Shown: positions 54,343 through 61,419 of the stretch, piece by piece | Numbering within the stretch: the first letter of the stretch is position 1 | Layout: each line of letters opens with the position of its first letter | Assembly (NCBI GenBank): GCA_018402235.1 | Contig: JAGYJJ010000004.1 | Location: forward strand, 329,256-393,255 | Direction: 5' to 3' | Length of the DNA stretch: 64,000 nucleotides | Source of the DNA: Candidatus Nanopelagicales bacterium | GTDB lineage: Bacteria; Actinomycetota; Actinomycetes; S36-B12 | Notes under the pieces: model-generated | The model's database searches: none | Seen by the model: only the letters and a program-made list of their open reading frames with translations | What the model was told of the DNA's origin: nothing | Translations under genes and position numbers: made by a program

Positions 54343-54854
54343 TGATCGCCGAGCGACCCTCCGCTTCACGAGCAAGTACGCCAGCCCTTGCTCTGCTCGT
54401 TGAACGGGGTATCGATCACCGCACACATGCATTTCAACACGATCCCACAGAATCAGCCTTCGGTAACGAAGCAGCGCGTCAACTGAATGCCGACCCGCAC
54501 CAGGTATTCAAGACATTGATCTGGCAGGCAGACGCAGGATTTTGCGTGGCGATTGCTCCAATTGCCGAGTCCGTCGGTCCAAAAAGGCTCGCTGCGGCAC
54601 TCGAGGCTCGTCGGACGCAACTCGCCGACGTCTCCACCGCAGAGCGACTGAGCGGATCGGTGGTGGGCGCCATCAGCCCACTCGGGCTCCGACAACCCTT
54701 ACGAACGGTGCTGGACGCTAGTGCCCTCAACTATGAAGCCATCATGGTCAGCGCCGGACGGCGCGGCCTGGAGATCTCGATTGCACCCAGTGATCTGATC
54801 GAGTTGACATCGGCGATCGTGGCGCCGATCACTTCCTCGCAACGTCAGCCGTGA
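54342..54854 (+). CDS. ybaK: YbaK/EbsC-family Cys-tRNA(Pro) deacylase
   Basis: [34 protein letters not shown]...VFKTLIW...VGAISPLG. The ATG overlaps the upstream stop (TGATG). The longest ORF starts at 54246. Confidence 0.85.
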   Translation: MIAERPSASRASTPALALLVERGIDHRTHAFQHDPTESAFGNEAARQLNADPHQVFKTLIWQADAGFCVAIAPIAESVGPKRLAAALEARRTQLADVSTAERLSGSVVGAISPLGLRQPLRTVLDASALNYEAIMVSAGRRGLEISIAPSDLIELTSAIVAPITSSQRQP

Positions 54855-55450
54855 TCGCTGTTGGCAAGGCCTGCTGTTCCCGCTCGGCGCGCGTGACCAA
54901 CAATCCAATCCCCCAACGCGAGAATCGCCACGACAGCGGCCGAAGCGATCGCCCAAGTCAAAAAGACTCCCGGCATCGTTACTTCAAGGGGACCTTGAAC
55001 CACGAACTCTTCCTCCGTCGTGGCAATCAAGCCTTCGATGTCGACCGAGCCCAACCGCGTCCCGACCTGCCACATCGCCACCGTTCCCACCGCACTCGCT
55101 GACAATCCCGCGGCCAACACCCCCAGTAAATGCTGCCGGCGCATGGCCGCGAGCGCGATAGTCAATATGACGCCGGCCACCAAACCCAATGCAGCGAACG
55201 ATACGTCGGCTGCGAGGTACTCCTCAGGCTGAAAGCCTTCTGGCCGCACACCCTCGGGGCGAACCGCCACCGAAGCTCGCGGGGCCAGCCTCCACCAGAG
55301 CACACCCAGCGCCATTCCACTGAGGGTCCCAACGAGCAGCCCAGCGACAACAACTGTGCGCTCTGGCCGCTCGGGCCTTACCGCGCCGGTCCCATGGCCA
55401 GATTCGGAAGCATTCGGTTCATCTGACGTCACAAGCGAACCGTACGACAC
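54845..55450 (-). CDS. hypothetical membrane protein
   Basis: About 200 aa with four hydrophobic segments and no recognised family. Start is GTG 55450 or 55432, just after the dnaE stop. Its 3' end overlaps convergent ybaK by 10 nt. Confidence 0.5.
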   Translation of the reverse strand: MSYGSLVTSDEPNASESGHGTGAVRPERPERTVVVAGLLVGTLSGMALGVLWWRLAPRASVAVRPEGVRPEGFQPEEYLAADVSFAALGLVAGVILTIALAAMRRQHLLGVLAAGLSASAVGTVAMWQVGTRLGSVDIEGLIATTEEEFVVQGPLEVTMPGVFLTWAIASAAVVAILALGDWIVGHARRAGTAGLANSDHG

Positions 55451-55451
55451 T

Positions 55452-58400
55452 TCACGAAAGACAGTTTGCCCCGAGCAAGGCCTTGATGTCGCCATACAGT
55501 GATGCCGATGGCGTGACACGCATCGCATCGTCAAGGCGAAGTACCGTCGTCTGTGTTCCACCCGTCAGATGTAGATGCACTTCGGTTGTTCCGGGATGTT
55601 GGCGCAACACTTCTTTCAGACGCTCTACCAAAGGCGGTACGCAGCGCGTAGCTGCTAACGACAGACGGATGGGACCACTGCTTGCACCCGAGACGTCGGG
55701 TGTTTCGACATCGATGGCAATGACGCGTAATCCGTCCTCGTCACTGCGTTCTACCCGCGCACGGACGGCAACAACGGAATCCTCAATCAACTTGGTCGAC
55801 ACCGAGGAGTACGTCTGAGGGAACACCATGACTTCGACCGAACCATCGAGGTCTTCCAACGACGCGATTGCCCACGCGGAACCCTTTTTAGTGGTCTTTC
55901 GTTGAACACTCGTGAACAAGCCTGCGATGGTGACGATTGCTGACTCGAGTGTCTCGTCGGCCAGGAGCGAAGCGATCGAACGATCAGCCAGTTGCGCTAA
56001 AGCATGCTCTAGTCCATTTAGCGGGTGATCCGAGACATACAACCCAAGCATTTCGCGCTCATGAGCCAACAGGACTGACTTCTCCCACTCCCCCACGGGA
56101 ATTGAGGTGCGCTCGGCAAGCCCCGACCCACCTTCGGGATCGTCACCTCCCAGCCCGCCGAAGAGATCGAACTGCCCGGCCGCTTCCGCTCGTTTGATGT
56201 CCACAGCCGCATCGATAACCAACTCGTGCACGGCGACGAGGCCCTTGCGGGTATGACCAAGTGAGTCGAAGGCACCGGCCTTGATGAGCGACTCCACTAC
56301 TCGCCTGTTGCACACACTGACATCAACCTTGGCGATGAAGTCACGGAAATCCGTGAACCGCCCCTTCGCTCGACGGGTGGCGATGATGGAGTCGACAACG
56401 CCCTCCCCCACGTTGCGAATGGCTGATAAGCCGAAGCGAATGTCGCTCCCCCGTGCCGTGTAGGCACCATCGGATTCGTTGACATCGGGGGGCAGCACCT
56501 TTATCCCCATGCGACGGCACTCACCGAGATAGATCGCGCTTTTGTCCTTGTCGTCCTGCACGCTCGTCAAAAGAGCGGCCATGTACTCCGCCGGATAGTT
56601 GGCCTTCAAATATGCCGTCCAATAGGACACCAATCCGTATCCGGCGGTATGAGCCTTGTTGAAGGCATAGTCGGAGAAAGGAACCAAGATGTCCCACAGT
56701 GTCTCGATAGCCGAGTCTGAGTAACCCTTCGCCCGCATCCCATCGCGAAACGGAACAAATTCTTTCTCGAGGATTTCCTTCTTCTTCTTGCCCATGGCTC
56801 GACGCAGCAGGTCCGCCTTGCCCAACGAGTAACCAGCGAGCTCTTGAGCGATTGCCATAACCTGCTCCTGATACACGATCAGGCCATAGGTATCACCAAG
56901 AATTTCCTGTAAAGGCTCCGCTAACTCAGGATGGATCGGCACAACGGGTTTGCGCCCGTTCTTGCGGTCGGCGTAGTCGTTGTGTGCGTTCGCACCCATC
57001 GGACCGGGTCGATACAGCGCAAGGACCGCCGAGATGTCCTCGAAATTGTCCGGCTGCATGGAGCGAAGAAGTGAACGCATGGGCCCACCATCAAGCTGGA
57101 AGACCCCTAAGGTGTCGCCCCGAGACAGCAACTCATACGTGGCTCGATCATCCAGCCCGATCTCTTCCAAGACAATGGTGTGCCCGGAGTTTTTCGCGAT
57201 GTTCTCTAAGCAATCGTCCAAGACCGTGAGGTTTCGCAGACCAAGGAAGTCCATCTTCAAGAGCCCTAGGGCTTCACACGCCCCCATATCGAATTGGGTG
57301 ATGATGGAACCGTCTTGTTCGCGGCGCCACACAGGAATCACATCGATCAACGGCTCACGGGAGAGAATGACTCCTGCAGCGTGAACACCTGGTTGCCTCT
57401 TCAAGCCCTCGAGCCCCTTGGCGGTGTCGATGACTTGGCGTGCCTCCTCATCCGACTCATACAAACTCCGAAAATCAGCCGCCTCGGCATAGCGGGAATC
57501 GCCAGGATCGAAAGCGCCAACGAGCGTCATATCCCTACCCATCACCGATGGGGGCATCGCCTTGGTAATCCGATCACCGAGGGCGTAGGGATATCCGAGC
57601 ACCCGAGCACTGTCCTTGACAGCTGCCTTCGCCTTGATCGACCCGTACGTGACGATCTGGGCGACACGCTCTTCACCGTAGGTCTCGGTGGCATACCGGA
57701 TCATGTCGGCACGTCGACGTTCATCAAAATCGATATCAATATCGGGCATGGAGATTCGTTCGGGGTTCAAAAACCGCTCAAACAACAGGCCGTGCTTGAT
57801 GGGGTCAAGTTCAGTAATACCCAGGGCGTACGCAATCATCGCTCCGGCTGCGGATCCGCGGCCAGGTCCGACGCGAATGCCGTTCTCTTTGGCGTATCGC
57901 ACGAGGTCCGCTACCACCAGGAAGTACCCGGGAAAACCCATCTGTGCAATAACACCTAGTTCGTAGTCGGCCTGGGTTTGCACGTTGGCGGGCACTGCGT
58001 CGTGGAACCTACGACGTAGACCTTTCTCAACTTCCGTCCGCAACCAGGAGTCCTCTGTTTCACCTTCGGGCACGGGGAAGCGCGGCATCAAGTTCGCACC
58101 TTCATCGAAAGTGACGTCGCATCGTTCAGCGATAAGCAAGGTGTTGTCGCAGGCTTCTGGCAGTTCCGACCATACGGACCGCATCTCCTGCGCTGACTTG
58201 ACGTAGAAATCTCGGGCATCGAAACGAAAACGTTTGGGATCATCCATCGTGGTTCGGGTCCCCACACACAGCAAAACTTCGTGGGTGTCTGCATCACTTG
58301 CGTGCACGTAATGCAAATCATTGGTAGCCACCAAGGGAAGGTCCAGATCCTTGGCGATCTTCAACAAGTCGTCGCGGAAGCGTTGTTCGATGGCCAGGCC

Positions 58401-58994
58401 GTGGTCCATAAGTTCGGCGAAATAGTTGCCCGGGCCGAGAATGTCGCGAAAATCCGCAGCCGCAGCCCTTGCCTTGTCGAATTCGCCGGCTTGCAACCAG
58501 CGGTTCACCTCCCCGCTGGGGCACCCGGTAGTTCCTATCAAGCCCTTGCCGTAGCGATCCAGGAGCTCCCGATCGAAGCGCGGTTTGTGGTAGTACCCCT
58601 CAAGGCTGGCCAGCGACGACAGTCGGAACAGGTTGTGCATGCCCACGGTGGTCTCAGCCCACAGGGTCATATGCGTGTAACTGTGCTTGCCCCGCCCCGC
58701 CCCTGGATCCTCCGGGGTTCCTTCGTCGAATCCACCACCGAAATCAAATGGACGCCGCTCGGTGCGACCCTGTGGTGCGTAATACCCCTCCAATCCGATG
58801 ATCGGCTTGATACCCGCCGCACGCGCTCGGCTGTAGAAGTCGTAGGCCCCGTAAAGGTTTCCGTGATCGGTCATGGCGATCGCGGGCATTCCAAGCCGGA
58901 CGGCTTCCCCGATCAGATCATCGAGCCGGGCGGCCCCATCGAGCATCGAGTACTCAGTATGAACATGCAGGTGTACGAAGTTGTTATCGCTCAT
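55452..58994 (-). CDS. dnaE: DNA polymerase III alpha subunit
   Basis: 1180 aa, FVHLHVHTEYSMLDGA (PHP domain) followed by the polymerase core. Intact. Confidence 0.98.
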   Translation of the reverse strand: MSDNNFVHLHVHTEYSMLDGAARLDDLIGEAVRLGMPAIAMTDHGNLYGAYDFYSRARAAGIKPIIGLEGYYAPQGRTERRPFDFGGGFDEGTPEDPGAGRGKHSYTHMTLWAETTVGMHNLFRLSSLASLEGYYHKPRFDRELLDRYGKGLIGTTGCPSGEVNRWLQAGEFDKARAAAADFRDILGPGNYFAELMDHGLAIEQRFRDDLLKIAKDLDLPLVATNDLHYVHASDADTHEVLLCVGTRTTMDDPKRFRFDARDFYVKSAQEMRSVWSELPEACDNTLLIAERCDVTFDEGANLMPRFPVPEGETEDSWLRTEVEKGLRRRFHDAVPANVQTQADYELGVIAQMGFPGYFLVVADLVRYAKENGIRVGPGRGSAAGAMIAYALGITELDPIKHGLLFERFLNPERISMPDIDIDFDERRRADMIRYATETYGEERVAQIVTYGSIKAKAAVKDSARVLGYPYALGDRITKAMPPSVMGRDMTLVGAFDPGDSRYAEAADFRSLYESDEEARQVIDTAKGLEGLKRQPGVHAAGVILSREPLIDVIPVWRREQDGSIITQFDMGACEALGLLKMDFLGLRNLTVLDDCLENIAKNSGHTIVLEEIGLDDRATYELLSRGDTLGVFQLDGGPMRSLLRSMQPDNFEDISAVLALYRPGPMGANAHNDYADRKNGRKPVVPIHPELAEPLQEILGDTYGLIVYQEQVMAIAQELAGYSLGKADLLRRAMGKKKKEILEKEFVPFRDGMRAKGYSDSAIETLWDILVPFSDYAFNKAHTAGYGLVSYWTAYLKANYPAEYMAALLTSVQDDKDKSAIYLGECRRMGIKVLPPDVNESDGAYTARGSDIRFGLSAIRNVGEGVVDSIIATRRAKGRFTDFRDFIAKVDVSVCNRRVVESLIKAGAFDSLGHTRKGLVAVHELVIDAAVDIKRAEAAGQFDLFGGLGGDDPEGGSGLAERTSIPVGEWEKSVLLAHEREMLGLYVSDHPLNGLEHALAQLADRSIASLLADETLESAIVTIAGLFTSVQRKTTKKGSAWAIASLEDLDGSVEVMVFPQTYSSVSTKLIEDSVVAVRARVERSDEDGLRVIAIDVETPDVSGASSGPIRLSLAATRCVPPLVERLKEVLRQHPGTTEVHLHLTGGTQTTVLRLDDAMRVTPSASLYGDIKALLGANCLS

Positions 58995-59006
58995 GTTGGG
59001 CTCACG

Positions 59007-59034
59007 CTTGGTTTACCCGACTTGGTTTACCCGA
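59007..59034. repeat. perfect 14-bp x2 tandem duplication 13 nt upstream of dnaE start
   Basis: cttggtttacccga occurs twice, head to tail (minus strand TCGGGTAAACCAAG x2), immediately before cgtgagcccaacATG. Confidence 0.95.
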
Positions 59035-59097
59035 CTCGAGTTTTCGGATCCAGGTAGCGAGCACCGCCCAACCCTACGCCGAGGATCGAACGGCTGA

Positions 59098-60018
59098 TCA
59101 GTTCGACAGGCCGGAGCGCAGCTTCGTGAGGGCGTGGTGGAGGTCCGATGGGTAGGAGCTTTCGACATTGACCCGCTCACCAGTTCGCGGATGCTCGAAC
59201 CCCAGACGCCTCGCATGCAACCACTGCCTCTGCAGTCCCAATTCACGGGCAACGATGGGATCGGCTCCGTAGGTCAGGTCCCCCACGCAGGGGTGGCGCA
59301 TGGCAGCCATATGCACTCGGATCTGGTGCGTTCGGCCAGTTTCCAGATGGACCTCCACCAGCGAAGCCCGCGGCCACGCCTCCAGAGTTTCGTAATGCGT
59401 GACGCTCGGCCTTCCCGAATGCACCACTGCCCATTTGTAGTCCTTGGACGGATGCCTATCTATTGGCGCATCGATGGTCCCGACGAGTGGATCGAGTAAG
59501 CCGTGAACCACGGCGTGATACTCCTTATCCACCGAACGCTCCTTGAATTGGCGTTTCAGCGAGGTATAGGCCTCGGGAGTCTTCGCGACGACCATGGCAC
59601 CCGTGGTACCAACATCGAGGCGATGCACGATTCCCTCACGCTCGGCAGCGCCCGATGTGGTCAGCAAGTGCCCGGAGGCGGCCAATGATCCGGTGACCGT
59701 CGGGCCCGACCACCCAGGGCTTGGGTGCGCAGCAACACCCACGGGCTTATCAATGACGACGATCTGGTCGTCTTCCAGCAGAATCGGCAACGCGGCGACA
59801 GGCTCCTCGACCGACTGAGGCGAAACCGGCTCATCTACGTCGATCACCTCATTGATGGTTAGCCGGTGCGACTTGGCCACCGTTTCGCCACCGATTCTCA
59901 CGAGTCCGGCATCGATAAAGGAACTCGCCTGAGCGCGCGAAAGCCCCAGCATTCGACCTAGCGCCACGTCCAGACGCTCACCGACAAGGCCGTCGGGAAC
60001 TGGGTACACGCGGCTCAC
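59098..60018 (-). CDS. rluD: RluA-family 23S rRNA pseudouridine synthase (RluD-like)
   Basis: S4 domain (RLDVALGRMLGLSRAQASSFI) plus the catalytic motif HRLDVGTTGAMVVAK. The GTG overlaps the lspA stop (GTGA). Confidence 0.92.
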   Translation of the reverse strand: MSRVYPVPDGLVGERLDVALGRMLGLSRAQASSFIDAGLVRIGGETVAKSHRLTINEVIDVDEPVSPQSVEEPVAALPILLEDDQIVVIDKPVGVAAHPSPGWSGPTVTGSLAASGHLLTTSGAAEREGIVHRLDVGTTGAMVVAKTPEAYTSLKRQFKERSVDKEYHAVVHGLLDPLVGTIDAPIDRHPSKDYKWAVVHSGRPSVTHYETLEAWPRASLVEVHLETGRTHQIRVHMAAMRHPCVGDLTYGADPIVARELGLQRQWLHARRLGFEHPRTGERVNVESSYPSDLHHALTKLRSGLSN

Positions 60019-60569
60019 GCCACGTCGTCCCGACTCTCGCGGGGGTCACTTTCGACATCGTCGGCTTCCTCGGCGGACAACGGCACGCCCTTCCACGCCA
60101 ACGCCACCATAGCTATCGCCGAGAAGGTGATCGACATGTCCGCAACATTGAAGATGGGAAAATTGGGTAATCCAATGAAATCCACCACCGAACCCATGCC
60201 CGGAGATGGAGGTCGCGTGATCCGGTCGATGAGATTGCCGAGCAGACCCCCCAGGAGTCCGCCGAGGGCTAGCGCCCAGCCCACCGATGAGATGGATCGT
60301 GCAACGCGAAGTATGACGAACCCCACCACGATCGCAACAATCGTAAACACCCAGGTGTACCCGGCACCGACACCGAAGGCCGCCCCCGAGTTCTCGGTGT
60401 ACGTCAGCCGCAAGAGCGGCCCAAGGAGGTAAATCGGCCCTTCCCCAGCAGAGATTCGCGGTTCCATGACCGCAACCGCCCAAGCCTTGGTGAGCTGATC
60501 GACGACAACCACTGCGGCTGCCGTTCCGCCCAGGACTGCGAGCACGCGCCCATGCAGACCGACAATCAC
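60015..60569 (-). CDS. lspA: signal peptidase II
   Basis: VVVVDQLTKAWAV...LTYTENSGAAFG...VVDFIGLPNFPIFNVADMSI. Start at GTG 60569. The 427-aa ORF-track entry is a chimera that runs through the upstream gene. Confidence 0.9.
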   Translation of the reverse strand: MIVGLHGRVLAVLGGTAAAVVVVDQLTKAWAVAVMEPRISAGEGPIYLLGPLLRLTYTENSGAAFGVGAGYTWVFTIVAIVVGFVILRVARSISSVGWALALGGLLGGLLGNLIDRITRPPSPGMGSVVDFIGLPNFPIFNVADMSITFSAIAMVALAWKGVPLSAEEADDVESDPRESRDDVA

Positions 60570-60603
60570 GAGCGACAGCCTAAGTCGAACACCAAAAGGG
60601 GCG

Positions 60604-60987
60604 TCAGTAGCGCTCCTCGGCCTCCTTGCAGGACCGACACAAAGTTGCACGGGGAAAGGCCTGCAGTCGGTACTTGCCGATCGGCTTCCCACACGACTCA
60701 CACACGCCATACGTACCATCGTCGATTCTGCCAAGTGCGTGCTCCACCTGCTCGAGCATGTCCCGCGCGTTGTTCGCCAAAGACATTTCATGCTCACGCT
60801 CGAACGTCTTGCTGCCCGCATCGGCCTGGTCATCTCCAGCTCCATCGCCGGAGTCACGTATAAGGTCCGCCAAACCTTCTTCGGCCGTGGCAATCTCCTC
60901 AAGCAGACGGTCCTTCTCCGAAAGAAGCTCCCGACGAACATCGCGCAATTCCTGATTGGTCCACGGCGACTCATCCTCCCGAACCAC
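60604..60987 (-). CDS. TraR/DksA-family C4 zinc-finger protein (core; probable longer N-terminus, see repeat)
   Basis: 127 aa, ESPWTNQELRDVRRELL..(coiled coil)..DDGTYGVCESCGKPIGKYRLQAFPRATLCRSCKE. The Lys-rich sequence AKKSAPAKKAPAKKSALAKQVAKAKKRP continues upstream in the same frame without any start codon. Confidence 0.85.
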   Translation of the reverse strand: MVREDESPWTNQELRDVRRELLSEKDRLLEEIATAEEGLADLIRDSGDGAGDDQADAGSKTFEREHEMSLANNARDMLEQVEHALGRIDDGTYGVCESCGKPIGKYRLQAFPRATLCRSCKEAEERY

Positions 60988-61017
60988 CGGACGCTTCTTG
61001 GCTTTAGCGACCTGCTT

Positions 61018-61245
61018 GGCCAGCGCGCTCTTCTTCGCCGGCGCCTTCTTGGCCGGCGCGCTCTTCTTCGCGCGGCGCCTTCTTGGCCGGCGCGCTCTTC
61101 TTCGCGGGCGCCTTCTTGGCCGGCGCGCTCTTCTTCGCCGGCGCCTTCTTGGCCGGCGCGCTCTTCTTCGCGGGCGCCTTCTTGGCCGGCGCGCTCTTCT
61201 TCGCGGGCGCCTTCTGGCCGGCGCGCTCTTCTTCGCGGGCGCCTT
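61018..61245. repeat. about 7 copies of a 33-bp tandem repeat encoding KKAPAKKSAPA
   Basis: The unit is ggccggcgcgctcttcttcgc[c/g]ggcgccttctt. Units start at 61018, 61051 (34 nt), 61085, 61118, 61151, 61184 (32 nt) and 61216 (30 nt). Confidence 0.95.
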
Positions 61246-61419
61246 GGCTTGGCGCTAGCCGGCGCGCTCTTCTTGGTCGGCATTTTCGCCCCCCTCATCG
61301 ACTCGCTACCGGTTCTCCTGCCCGGTGGCGCTTGCGAATGCTAGGCCCGTCGTCGATGCCACGGGTGACCGGCACGCCGACGGCGCGAGGCTATCCTGCC
61401 CGTTCGGACAGGAGGCGCC

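Noticed and set aside
61018-61245. A regularly spaced 33-bp repeat array that could be mistaken for a CRISPR array.
   Set aside because: The units are contiguous with no spacers, they encode an in-frame Lys/Ala/Pro peptide repeat, and no cas genes are nearby.
60015-61298. Very long ORF-track entries that look like fusion proteins: 427 aa here, 376 aa at 48628..49758, 337 aa at 49427..50440, 535 aa at 10457..12064, and 570 aa at 45914..47626.
   Set aside because: Their N-terminal parts are out-of-frame read-through of the upstream gene, caused by the longest-start rule in stop-poor GC-rich DNA. Only the C-terminal parts match lspA, hisA, DUF5946, rsmB and trpE. Real starts sit at stop/start overlaps.
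61284-61419. T-box (Ile) riboswitch upstream of ileS, as known for some actinobacterial ileS genes.
   Set aside because: Only 136 nt separate the divergent ATG 61283 from the ileS ATG. I could not find the conserved T-box core (GGGUGGUACCGCG-like) or a convincing specifier loop; the nearest match is only GGGUGACCGGCACG. A covariance-model scan would be needed to revive this.
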